Assembly (NCBI GenBank): GCA_963674865.2
Contig: CAXXYE010000011.1
Coordinates: 64,001-128,000, forward strand
From: Candidatus Hydrogenedentota bacterium
Lineage (GTDB): Bacteria; Hydrogenedentota; Hydrogenedentia; Hydrogenedentales; SLHB01
Direction: 5' to 3'
Length of the DNA stretch: 64,000 nucleotides
The notes under the pieces are model-generated. The model was not told the origin of the DNA. It worked only from the letters and a program-made list of their open reading frames with translations, and ran no database searches. Position numbers and translations under genes: made by a program. This document shows, one piece after another, positions 21,872 through 32,340 of this stretch. How positions within the stretch are numbered: position 1 is the first letter of the stretch; every line of letters begins with the position of its first letter.

Positions 21872-22040
21872 AATCCCGTTAACAAATGCGGAGGCATGAA
21901 GGCATCCAGAAGGGTGATTACACGGTCTACATTCGCAAAGTCATCCTCTCCGACGGATCCGACAGAAGCTACGGTTCCAACGTTGCTCCCGCGGAAGAAA
22001 GTCCGTAGGGAGACTGCGGAGGCTATCTGCGATCGACTCT

Positions 22041-23361
22041 TTAATAGTAGTGGTTCAACTGGAGGGAGAACTCACCGTCGAAGTCACGATCCGTACCGCG
22101 TCTCAGCGGAGCCACGCCGGACACCGTCAAGATGGTGGACCGCAGCAATTGGAAGTGCAGACCACCGGTGATGTTCAACACGTCCTGCCTGCCTGACGGG
22201 TTGGTGATCTCCTCGATCTCATACCCGAGGGGAGTACTGCCCGTCGACGCGAAAGGCGTCGAGTCCGAAGACTGCATCGTAGTCGAATAGTGGAGTTTCG
22301 ACCACCGGAGCCACGCCTTTGAGGAATCGGGCACAGCGATTCTTGTAGACCCAATAGCCGGCGCTGACGTCCATGAACAGCAAGGCCTGATCCTGGAGCC
22401 TGCCCGAAACGCCGCGTATCAACGTCGGGTTTCCGTTGGCGTCGAAGTCGCACTGGGCAAAGGACTGGACGAAGAGGCGATCGTTGGGCGTCCACAAATA
22501 CCCCAGGAACGGTTGCAGATGGACCGCTTCATTTTCGATCGCGGCAAGCGAAGAAACACCGACGCCGCTGTCATAGAGCACCTCGGAATCGGAGCCTGTG
22601 GGGAAGACGACTCCCAAGCCGGCCGAAAACGTGCTGCACTGGCGTTGGAGCAAGACGGCTTTTACGGCCATGGCCAGGTTTCCAAATTCGGTGCCGGTGA
22701 CACTTGCCCCCTGTCCGACAACTTCGCTGGAGCGGAATCCTCCCGCGAACGGGACGCGAAGTTCCAGCGAAAACATGTCATCCCAAAAGGTCTTCTCAAT
22801 GCCGAAGTTGTAGCGATCCAGCGGCAACGACGAGCCGTCAAAGGCATCCAGTGCGTTGGCGAAATGGTGGTGATTGAAGAAGACTCGGTCGGCGGGAATC
22901 GGGCTGTTACTCTCGACGATCTTGTAGTTGCGGTCCCCCCCGGCGATGGAAACGTTGGACGCAGCGCCCCCGAACGTCATGTAGCTGTAACCGCCCCCGA
23001 AGAAGTCGCCGATCATGTTGGGGGCCGCACTGGCCGGGCCTGCAGCGGCCCCGAAGGAACCGGCTAAGTCACCCAGCGAAGCCAGGGATTCGTCCGGGCC
23101 GCCCTCTGTCTCCGGAAGCGGGACACCCTGCTCGTCGACCAGCGGTTGCGTCGCGCTCGATGAACCGGGGCAAGTCGTCGCTTGCCGGCCACAGCCGGGA
23201 CAACGCCCGAAGAAACCTCTGCACGCCGCGCCGCACGAGCCACACGCCGGACTGCGGTAGGTGGCGCCGTAGGTTAGAGCCGTTTGGTTAGTCGCCGGCA
23301 CCGTTAGCCAAGAGGCCAACACGGCCAGAGAAAACATCGTACGGAGGAAATTCCGTTTCAT
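22041..23361 (-). CDS. Putative outer-membrane beta-barrel protein (Planctomycete 'PNMIGD...ENNSP..DRV' type); frameshift near 22300
   Basis: Signal peptide, Cys-rich N-terminus, 'APNMIGDFFGG', 'KIVESNSPIPADRVFF', alternating beta strands and aromatic C-terminus 'FSLQLNHYY'. Confidence 0.65.
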
Positions 23362-23637
23362 GGTACGACCTTTTGAAGGTTCTGCAAATCCAGGCGTCCT
23401 AGCCATGCAGCGGCAGGGATGCAAATGGCCGGAAGAGCGCCCCGCGGATCTGCCGGAAAGCGAAGCCGCGTGGCAGAACGATAACCTCCGACATCAATTT
23501 TCATCGGTGCTATCAGCGAGGCCCCTTGACAATGATTGCGCGAAATTCCCCTAAGACTGTTAGGCGCCGCCCCCGAGATAAGGGGGGCGTCGGCAGATCG
23601 CGGGAGTTTTGGGCGATCTGTGCTGGGGAGACCAGGC

Positions 23638-26600
23638 TCACGGGTCCTTGCGGTCCGCGTCAGCCACTCGGGTCAGGGGAACACGCGTATACGAAAGCAC
23701 GTGGTCCGGAGCAACGGTCGGGTTCTGCGGGGCCCCGGCTACCTCCTGGGCCCGCTCGGGAACCACCTTCTGAACGTAGGCGACCACCTCGTTGAGCGTC
23801 ACCACTCCGTCGCCGTCTCCCATCTTGTCCGCCTCGCCCGTCAGACCGTCCAGCAGCGTCCTGGTGAAGACCCCGTGTTGCCACTCTCCACTTTCGGCGG
23901 CCAGTTGCTCCCGGGTGGTGGCTGCCATGGTGAAGATGGCGCTTTCCTGACAGGAGCGAACGGCCGCCTTGGGATCTCGTGAGCGGGAGAGTCTAATGGC
24001 GCCGCTGTGGCAGGTGTCGAGGATCACCAATTTGCGGCAAGCAACGTCATCCAGGATCCGCAGATTCCTCCTCGAAATGCAGTCTGAGTAGTCCGGCGGC
24101 TTATCGGCCAGACTTTCGACGCGGAACTCGTGGCCCAAGAAGTAATACTCTTTCGATCGTGCGTCGGTAATCCCGTGACCGGCAAGGAAGATCACCAAGA
24201 GGTCGTCGGCAACCGCCCGGTCTTTGAGCCTAGACTTTATTTTCTCCAACCCTTTGCCCCAATCTGCCGGAGTAACCTCTTGCTCGGTCAAGAGGGTGGC
24301 GGTGTCGAGGCCGTACAAGCCGGCCGATCCCGCGCGAAGCGACTGGAGCGTCGATTCCGCGTCGGCTACCGAGAACCGCAACGAGGGAACGTTCGGGTCG
24401 CCATATTGGTTGACACCCAACGAGAGAAGATAGATCTTGGGCCGTTTCGGTTCGCCCTGGGCGATTCGTCGCACGACCACGTTGCTGGTGGCTATGATGT
24501 CTCCGTCGGTTTTGACGATCAGTTCGATCAGGCTCCGCCGGTCGCTGGTCAGGGGCACTTCCCATTCGTAGGTCAGTTCCTTTCCGCCTTCGGTCTCCTT
24601 CTCGGTAACCAGGGCTCGCCGAGTGGCCACGACGCCGTTGGCGTACACGTTGGTGTCGGTCAGGGTGTGGCCGGCCGGGACGTCGATCGTCGCAATCACC
24701 TTGGTCGCATCACCGCGAACCTCCACGTCGTTTGCCGGTTGGATGATATTCACGGTTGGCGTGGATACAATCAACGTGGACAAAGCCTCTTGCGGTTCCA
24801 CCTCCGTCTGCACGTTCGCTTGCCGCAAGGCCTCTTGCAGACTGCCGGCCTCAAGCAGCCTCTCCATCACGGTCGGTTGCTCCAACTCCACGTAGAACTG
24901 ATCGGCCCGGTAGTAGTCGGGCAGTCTATTCATGCCCCGGTTTACCTGCCAGCCAAATAGCCTGTAGCCGTTGATCGAGGCGTCGTAGTATCCCTCGGGC
25001 GTCCAGAAAGCCCACTCCCGATCCGCGGCGACAAACAGCGTGGCCAAAGGCCGCCAAGCAGGCAGAATTTGGAAAGCGGGGCGGGCGGTGCCGTTCCTGG
25101 TGGTGCGAAATGCGACTTGCGTGCCCCAGGGCATTTCACGAAGGCTGCGGAGAATCGCCTCGGGTTTGGTGTCCGTCCGTATCGCGTTGCTGGAGGAATC
25201 GGGGATCCAGTCGATCTGCGTGATCACGTCGCCCCACACGCACGCCTCGCGAATAGAGCGGGCCGCCCGCTTCTATGGAACGCACGGCCAGTTGCCCGGC
25301 GGTGAAACGGCGCCGGACAAGATCTCGCGTGGACATCGCCTGAAGTTCTTCTTCGGTCACAACGGACAGTCGGGCCCCGAAGCGACCTTCGGCCTGCTGG
25401 TCCTGCTCGAACCCCAAAAGCCCCCAGACCTTGATCGTACCGTCGGCAGACCCGGAGACGAGATACCGCGCGTCGTGTGAGATACCGACCGAGGTTACGA
25501 AGTCGTTGTGACCGCGGAAATGCCGCAGCAACGGGCAGGTTCCCTCCTCGACCAGCCGGAAAACGTAAAGGCTGTTCTGCCGATCCGTCCCCACAACGAT
25601 TGCCCGCGGTTTCCCGTCGTCAGCGGGGATCCAAGCGTAGCAGCGAATACGGCCTTCCAACAGGGCCGCGTCTAGCACCACACTCCCCTTTGGTTCACCA
25701 CTCCGGAAGAGCTGGAGCGAGCCGTCGGGCTGGGGCGTGGCGGTCCACTCGCCGTGCGACCGGTCGGCAGTCAGCCACTCGTCTGAATCGGGCGTCGCGA
25801 CGTCGCCGAGGACCAAGCTGCTCGGTATCGAACCATTGCTCCAGGCCGGCCTTGTCGTTGAATTCGCCGTCGCGGTCCCGGGTCCCAAAAGCGATCCGAT
25901 ACGGCGCATCCTTGGCGAATGCGACCTTGATGACTTTGCGGCCCTTGCCCTCAAGTGTGATGCGTTGGCCGCTGCCGTCCAACGCTTCCACCACGGCCGC
26001 ATTCACGCTGCTGTCGTCGTAGGCCAAACGCCGCCCGTCGGGGCTGATCGAGCAGGCGTTGACGTGATCGGACAGTTCGCGCCGCCGGGTGACGACCTGC
26101 CGGTCGACGTCCCAAACCTGAAGCTGGCTCTTGGCCGTCCCACGGTCCACAGCCGTTCCGACGACCAGCGTCTTGCCGTCCGGGCTGAATGCCAGGCTGA
26201 GCACCACGGCCCCCGGCTGCAACCGCCGCACGCCACTCGCGCCAGCCGTGTCCCAGACAAACAGGTTTCCCCGCAAATCGGCCGAGGCAATCCGCGAGCC
26301 GTCGCGACTCGTGGCCAGGGCGGTCACCAGGCCTTCGTGGACGACATCATAGGTGTCGGCCACTTCAAGATTCGAGAGACCGATTCGCTGAAGCTTCCAG
26401 GCTAGCGAACCTCGGTCGTTGGAGCCGGTGCAAACGGGCATGACCGCGTCGCTCGTGCCCAGGATCGCGGCCGGCCGGATCTTGGGTAACGCCTGGATCC
26501 GCTCGGTAGTCGCCGCTCCATACGTTTCGCTGTCCCGTTCACAAAGAGAAGTCGGCGTCCACTGCGTTCGGCCGTCCCAGAGAACGGCCGCGCCCTCCAC

Positions 26601-27158
26601 GTCGACGGACAGGAGCCAGTTGCCGTCGGCCGAGAAGGCCAACGAGCAGACAGTCTGTTGGTGCCAGATCTTCTCTTCGTCGGTGTTGAGGGGACGGATC
26701 AATGTTCCGTCGATCGGATTTACCAGCAGTATTTCCCCCAGCCTGCCCATCGCTCCATAACCGCCAAAAGCCAGCAGGTCGTCGGTGGGGGACGACGCCG
26801 TTGCATAGATGCTCCCACGCAACGATCGAGCAACCTGCCAGCGAATGGTCCGCTCGCGGAGGTATATGCCGCGCAGATCACGGGTGACTGCCTCGAGGTT
26901 CCAAACCTGAACCACCTTGTCCAGCCCCGCCGAGCAGAGCCGCTTCGAGTCGCGCGTGAAGGCCAGGGACCGAAGACCGCCGGTGTGTCCTCCGGCGTTG
27001 ATTCGCAAGATCGGATCCGGCTCCTGCTCATCTTGCACGTCACCAACCATGGATGAGTCGCCGCGCGCCGCGTCTTGGGCTAGCGGGACACCGACAATCC
27101 ATCCCACCGACGCGACAATAAGGAGTAGGGCGGCCGGAGGTAAGTGAATCTTTCGCAT
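23638..27158 (-). CDS. Caspase-family (peptidase C14) protein with WD40 propellers and PDZ-like insert; frameshifts near 25800 and 25230
   Basis: WD40 repeats ('GHTGGLRSLAF...DKVVQVWN', 'GHNDFVTSV...SADGTIKVW'), 'WAFWTPEGYY', catalytic 'FLAGHG' and 'ILDTCHSG'. Signal-like N-terminus. Confidence 0.85.
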
Positions 27159-27538
27159 GGACTTCTCACAATTCGACACGGCGCCGGGACCGAAAAGCCC
27201 GTCGTTCTATTGCTCGGTAACGGCGCAGTTGATGGGTAGCGCCCTTTGGGATAGGTGCAGGACACTGCGAACTGGACTTATTGAGCAGTGTGTCCGATAT
27301 CAGGGGTCGGCCGGAAGAGACGGGGCCCGCCAGTCGCTCGGTTAATACTACGCTCCCGCTCAAGCCGTGGCCAGTTGCGGTGAGGCAAGGGCCTTGTGCC
27401 GCAAATCCTACCTCAGACGGCACCTGTTCGGAAACCTCTGACCTACCGTTTCCGGCATCAGCATCAGTTACCAGTCATTTGCCACCTGATTCAGGGGGGC
27501 TGACTGTCATCGCCAGTCATTCGATAATGGGGGGTATT

Positions 27539-27812
27539 GTGAGACGTTCCGCAAAAGGCAAGAAGCGTCCGTCCTGTCCGTTGGGGGGCACGGCGGTGAA
27601 GAGCCGTGGGCAGACGGAAGGAAGGCGCTATTTGGAGCGGACTCGGCGATGGGCCCGGCGGGCGCGAGTGCGGACGGCTCGGAATCGGGATTCTTCCAGA
27701 CGATGAGTGAGGATCGCGTCAGGATGTGCCGCGGCCCAGCGGTCGGGCAGCATTTCTTCCAGACGCGGGGCGTCCGCATGCAGGCTGAGTAGAAGGTCGC
27801 GGACGTGATCGA
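27539..27812 (-). mobile_element. tnpC: IS66-family remnant (3' end of TnpC plus probable right terminus)
   Basis: A minus-strand frame not in the ORF track reads HVRDLLLSLHADAPRLEEMLPDRWAAAHPDAILTHRLEESRFRAVRTRARRAHRRVRSK* (stop 27628-27630), matching the IS66 C-terminal 'LLP..W' pattern. GTGAGACGTTCCGC at 27539 resembles an IS66 terminal repeat. Confidence 0.6.
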
Positions 27813-27949
27813 CCGCACCGGGTTGGCAACTCGTGCCCCCATATTTCGGGCCCTCTTACCCACGATTCGGACTTCTTGGAGACGGAAGCAAGCTAGGCTT
27901 GATTGGGGCCCTGAACGTGTTCCCTCCAGGCCGAAAGGAGCATCCGATC

Positions 27950-29131
27950 ATGCGGGACCGCACGATGCTGGCGGTTGGGAAGATCAGTCTGGTGGTCTTC
28001 GTGCTGCTGGCAATAAACAACGTCGAGGCAGCCACCTACTACGTCCGAAAGAGTGGCAGGAACAACAACTCGGGCACCTCACCGTCCGATGCATGGAAGA
28101 AGATCCAATCGGCTGCCGACGCGATGGTCGCGGGAGACACGGTCTACGTGGGCGCCGGCACGTACAGCGAACGGGTCCGGCCCGCCCATGACGGGACCTC
28201 GGGGAGCCCCATCCGCTACATCGCCGACGGCGACGGAGGCATGACCGGAGACGCCGGCGAGGTGGTGATCCGCAGGAACGGCCAAACATCGCTGGAAGTC
28301 TCCGGCGACAACTACATTCACGTGGTGGGATTCAAGATTGCGGGGAACAACGACGCCGTCCTCTGGAGCAATTCCCGCGGTGGGCTGCTACAAGATTGCG
28401 AGATATCCTGCGGCAGGAACGGCGTCACGGTCGACTCGAACGTCACGCTGCGCGTTCTGGACTGTACCGTACGAGAGAATGGAGGCTTTGGGATCCTCGT
28501 CAGGCTTGCGTTGTTCAACACCGACATCGTCGTCTCCGGGTGCACGTTCACCAGCAACGGCGGCGCCGCAATCGGTTCTCTGTTCGCACCTTGGGAAAAC
28601 GTAACGGCCACGGTCAAGAATTGCCTTATTCACGACAACCTCGATCGGGGCATTCAGATCGGCAATGCGTCGGACCAACTGTCGCTGACCGTTTGGAACA
28701 CGACGATCGCCCGCAACACGGGCGCTGGAGTCGAGCAGAGGGAAGGCGACCTGACGATCACTAACTCGATCATCGCTTTGAACAACGGCCAAGGGCTTCT
28801 TCGTGACAACGGCTCGATGAGCCACACCTACAATCTCGTTTTCGGCAACGGTGGGGGGGATTTTTCGGGGACCTCCCAGGACTCAACGGAACTCTCCAGC
28901 GACCCGTTGTTCGAGAATGTCTACACCTTCGACTATCATCTGAGCGAGGGGTCTCCCGCGGTGAATGCGGGCGTCGACGCCGCGGGAATCGTCGACGACG
29001 ATCTCGACGGCAACCCGCGACCGCTGAGCAGCGGCTGGGACTTGGGGTGCTACGAGTCGTCCTCGAGCGGCGTCTCGTCCGGAAGTTGGCGAGTAATCAA
29101 GTGGATCGAGATCGACAAGCCGGGCGGCTGA
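27950..29131 (+). CDS. Exported right-handed parallel beta-helix protein with choice-of-anchor-Q-like C-terminus
   Basis: SD aaggag and signal peptide. 'ATYYV...G...NSGTSP..AW..IQ.A', 'GDTVYVGAGTY.E', 'DYHL..GSPAVNAG...DLDGNPR...DLGCYE'. Confidence 0.8.
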   Translation: MRDRTMLAVGKISLVVFVLLAINNVEAATYYVRKSGRNNNSGTSPSDAWKKIQSAADAMVAGDTVYVGAGTYSERVRPAHDGTSGSPIRYIADGDGGMTGDAGEVVIRRNGQTSLEVSGDNYIHVVGFKIAGNNDAVLWSNSRGGLLQDCEISCGRNGVTVDSNVTLRVLDCTVRENGGFGILVRLALFNTDIVVSGCTFTSNGGAAIGSLFAPWENVTATVKNCLIHDNLDRGIQIGNASDQLSLTVWNTTIARNTGAGVEQREGDLTITNSIIALNNGQGLLRDNGSMSHTYNLVFGNGGGDFSGTSQDSTELSSDPLFENVYTFDYHLSEGSPAVNAGVDAAGIVDDDLDGNPRPLSSGWDLGCYESSSSGVSSGSWRVIKWIEIDKPGG

Positions 29132-29188
29132 GGGACGCAAACGACTCGCGGCGGCGGCCCGTGGTGGTCGCGGATTGAGGGATGGAGG

Positions 29189-29827
29189 CTACGCCGTCTG
29201 CTCCCAGTTTTCACTGGATGATTGGCCGGCCGGCGTGGCCATCCGAACCAGTTCGACGACGGAGTTCGCACCAAGTTTTTTCATCAAGCGGGCCCTGCGA
29301 TCCTCGACCGTGCGGATGCTCAAGTCAAGTTCGACGGCGATTTGCTTGTTGAATTTCCCGGCCAGGATCATCTCGAGCACTTCCTGTTCACCGCTGGAAA
29401 GCGAGGCCATGCGTTCTTGGTATTCCGCCTGCTGCATCCGTTCGAGGCGGTTTCTCGCGTCGACCTTGAAGGCCTTTCGGATGCTGTTCCAGAGATCGTG
29501 TTCTTGAAAGGGCTTCTCGATGAAGTCGACCGCCCCGGCTTGCATGGCACCGACCGCCATTCGCACGTTGGCATGCCCCGTGATGAAGATCACCGGCAAC
29601 TGAATGTCGGCGTCGATCAGTTTTTCGTGCAGTTCAAGTCCGCTCATGCCGGGCATGGCCACGTCGAGGACCAGGCACCCCGGTCTGGCAAGTCCGTAGC
29701 CGTCGAGAAAACCACTGGCGGACGAATAGGTTTCCACCCGGGGAAAGATGGCCCCAATCAGTCTGGCCATCGAGTCCAAGGTGGCAGAATCGTCGTCCAC
29801 AACGAAAACGGTTGGTTCACTGTTCAA
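29189..29827 (-). CDS. FixJ/LuxR-family response regulator
   Basis: 'VFVVDDD', 'LVLDVAMPGMSG', 'ITGH', 'FIEKP' and LuxR HTH 'NKQIAVELDLSIRTVE'. TTG start overlaps the kinase stop. Confidence 0.9.
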   Translation of the reverse strand: MNSEPTVFVVDDDSATLDSMARLIGAIFPRVETYSSASGFLDGYGLARPGCLVLDVAMPGMSGLELHEKLIDADIQLPVIFITGHANVRMAVGAMQAGAVDFIEKPFQEHDLWNSIRKAFKVDARNRLERMQQAEYQERMASLSSGEQEVLEMILAGKFNKQIAVELDLSIRTVEDRRARLMKKLGANSVVELVRMATPAGQSSSENWEQTA

Positions 29828-30662
29828 CGTTCAACTCCTTGGAGCGGATCGGCAAGACGATCCGGAAAACTGTGCCGGATCCGGTTGCAGACGCAACCTC
29901 CAACCGACCGCCCAGATTCTCGACGAGCGATCGGCTGACGGGCAGCCCGAGCCCCAAACCGCCCGGCTTGGTCGTGTATGACGGAGAACAGAAAAGGTCG
30001 AAATCGTCTCCCGCCAGTCCGGGGCCGGAGTCCTCAATGGTGATTTCAACCGTCGATTCTTCGTTGCGGCGAGTGCCTACGGTGACCAGACGGCGGTCGG
30101 GCCGGTTCCGGGAGACCGCTTCCATGGCGTTTTTCAATATGGCGGCGATCACCTTTGTCGACTGTACACGGTCGGTGGCTATCTTGGGAAGATGGCCGTC
30201 CAGCTTAAACTGCACGTCGACGCCGAGCAACCGGCGTTTCGGCTCCAGCACCGAGACCACTTCTTGGACCAGGTCATCCAGATCAACCGGGGCCCGCTCG
30301 GGGTCATTGCCGGCAATCAGGCATTTCAAGCGTTGGGCGTACCGGTTGGCTCGATTGGATTGTTCGGCGATTCGCCGGACCACCTCGATTGCTTGAGCTT
30401 CGTTGTCTCCAGTGTCCGAATTATCAGTCAAATAGTGAAGGCACACCGCGGCATAGTTGGCTATAGCGCCGAGCGGCTGACTGATTTCGTGCGTCATACC
30501 GTTGAGCAGGTCGACATCCGGCGACTCCTTTGCGAGACGAACGAGAATCTCCGCGTCTTGTCCCGTGGGCCAAGAGAATGGACGGCCACGCCCGGTCGCG
30601 GGCGCGTCCCGAAGTGTGGAAGCGTCGCTGACAGAAGCCTGAAGTCGCTCTCGGCCTGACAT
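29817..30662 (-). CDS. Histidine kinase (HisKA + HATPase) without obvious sensor domain
   Basis: H-box 'THEISQPL', N-box 'LKNAMEA', G1 'IEDSGPG', G2 'TTKPGGLGLGL'. Confidence 0.85.
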   Translation of the reverse strand: MSGRERLQASVSDASTLRDAPATGRGRPFSWPTGQDAEILVRLAKESPDVDLLNGMTHEISQPLGAIANYAAVCLHYLTDNSDTGDNEAQAIEVVRRIAEQSNRANRYAQRLKCLIAGNDPERAPVDLDDLVQEVVSVLEPKRRLLGVDVQFKLDGHLPKIATDRVQSTKVIAAILKNAMEAVSRNRPDRRLVTVGTRRNEESTVEITIEDSGPGLAGDDFDLFCSPSYTTKPGGLGLGLPVSRSLVENLGGRLEVASATGSGTVFRIVLPIRSKELNVEQ

Positions 30663-31186
30663 GGTTGAAACCACTGGGAGGCTGCTTCACCGCGCCTCGA
30701 AATGCGAGCAGGATGCGGGGCTTTGAATCCGAAGACAATATGGGCGACAGGGAACGCGGACTAGCCAACCTTTGTTGATGCGACTCTGCCGAACACAGAC
30801 GACGACCCGCCACTTGCCACACGGCGGCCGGCACAGAGCGACCGGCTGGGTGCAAGCGGAAAAAGTAGGTTACTATTGACGATCAGTGAGTATACCTAAT
30901 AATGGCCCCTTAGGCAAATGTCTACTTGGCTGATGTCATTTGATTCAACGGTCGCCATGATCCAGTGAATGGCAACCGCCGGGGCACTGAAGTGAAGCCG
31001 CCAGCCGGATGACCGGTAGCGAATCCCCTCTGTGGCGACGAGAAGAAAGCCGTTTGAAGTGAGGGGCTGGTGAATGGCAACACGGAACCTCAAAAACTGG
31101 TTTTTTCTGGAAGCGGCCCCGGTCGCGCACGAAACTTCATCCACCGGCTGCCAGGCCGCATGGTGTGACCTAGAAAGAGGAAAGTT

Positions 31187-32161
31187 ATGTCGACGTTGAA
31201 ACGGATTCTGGTGACCGGAGGAGCAGGGTTTCTCGGCTCGCGGCTATGCGAGCGACTAGTGGACGATGGCCACGACGTAATCTGCCTGGACAACTTCTTC
31301 ACCAGCCAGAAAACCAACGTTGTGCAACTCCTGGATCGGCCGAACTTCGAGCTGATACGGCACGATGTCACGCTGCCAGTCTATCTTGAGGTAGACGAGA
31401 TATTTAACCTCGCTTGTCCAGCCGCTCCCGGCCATTATCAATACAACCCCATCAAGACCATGAAAACGTCACTCTCGGGGGCGATCAACGTGTTGGGGAT
31501 GGCCAAACGGTGCCGGGCAAAGGTGCTTCAGGCTTCGACCAGTGAAGTATATGGGGAACCCGACGTGCATCCACAGCCGGAAACCTACCGGGGGTCGGTG
31601 AATCCAATTGGCCCCCGGGCATGCTACGACGAGGGAAAACGGGCAGCCGAAGCGCTCTTCATGGACTACCACCGTATGAACCGCGTCGAGGTACGGATAG
31701 TACGGATCTTCAATACCTACGGCCCCCTTATGCACCCCTTCGATGGCAGGGTTGTTTCGAACTTCATCCGCCAGGCTCTCCAAGGTGAGGACATCACGAT
31801 CTTTGGCGACGGGTCTCAGACGCGATCGTTCTGCTATCGCGACGATATGGTCGAAGGGCTGATCTTGATGATGAACAACGCCCAGGGCTTCATCGGGCCG
31901 GTGAATTTGGGAAATCCGGAGGAGTTTACGATTCTAGAGCTGGCGGAACTGGTGCGGGAACTGGTTGGCGGCACGTCGAAAGTGGTCTACCGGGCTCTCC
32001 CGGCCGACGATCCGACCCAGCGGAGACCCGACATCGCCTTGGCTCAAGAGAAGCTTGGTTGGGCCCCCACCGTGCAACTCCGCCAAGGCCTCCAGGACAC
32101 CATTGACTGGTTCAAATCGATCGATATCGGACACTATCGCCCCCCCACCCCGGACTACTAG
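31187..32161 (+). CDS. uxs: UDP-glucuronic acid decarboxylase (UDP-xylose synthase family SDR)
   Basis: '[12 protein letters not shown]', 'NLACPAAP', 'ASTSEVYG', 'CYDEGKR', 'RIFNTYGP', 'DGRVVSNF'. Confidence 0.9.
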   Translation: MSTLKRILVTGGAGFLGSRLCERLVDDGHDVICLDNFFTSQKTNVVQLLDRPNFELIRHDVTLPVYLEVDEIFNLACPAAPGHYQYNPIKTMKTSLSGAINVLGMAKRCRAKVLQASTSEVYGEPDVHPQPETYRGSVNPIGPRACYDEGKRAAEALFMDYHRMNRVEVRIVRIFNTYGPLMHPFDGRVVSNFIRQALQGEDITIFGDGSQTRSFCYRDDMVEGLILMMNNAQGFIGPVNLGNPEEFTILELAELVRELVGGTSKVVYRALPADDPTQRRPDIALAQEKLGWAPTVQLRQGLQDTIDWFKSIDIGHYRPPTPDY

Positions 32162-32340
32162 AAGCTTCTTGCTGCAAGGGTCGACAACGGCCCGGCGGGA
32201 AGATAATCTGGATGGCGGGGCTGGATATGAAATTCTTGGAGTCTTACGATGCGGCGTCCGCGCGCCGTGCGAGGATGTTCGTAAGTCCTTTCAGGTTGTG
32301 GGCGTGGCCCGCTTTAGGAAAGCCAACGGGAGGTTCCGTT

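Noticed and set aside
31005..31025. ops/JUMPstart element upstream of uxs
   Set aside because: Only a partial match (CCGGTAGCG), and no long polysaccharide operon follows.
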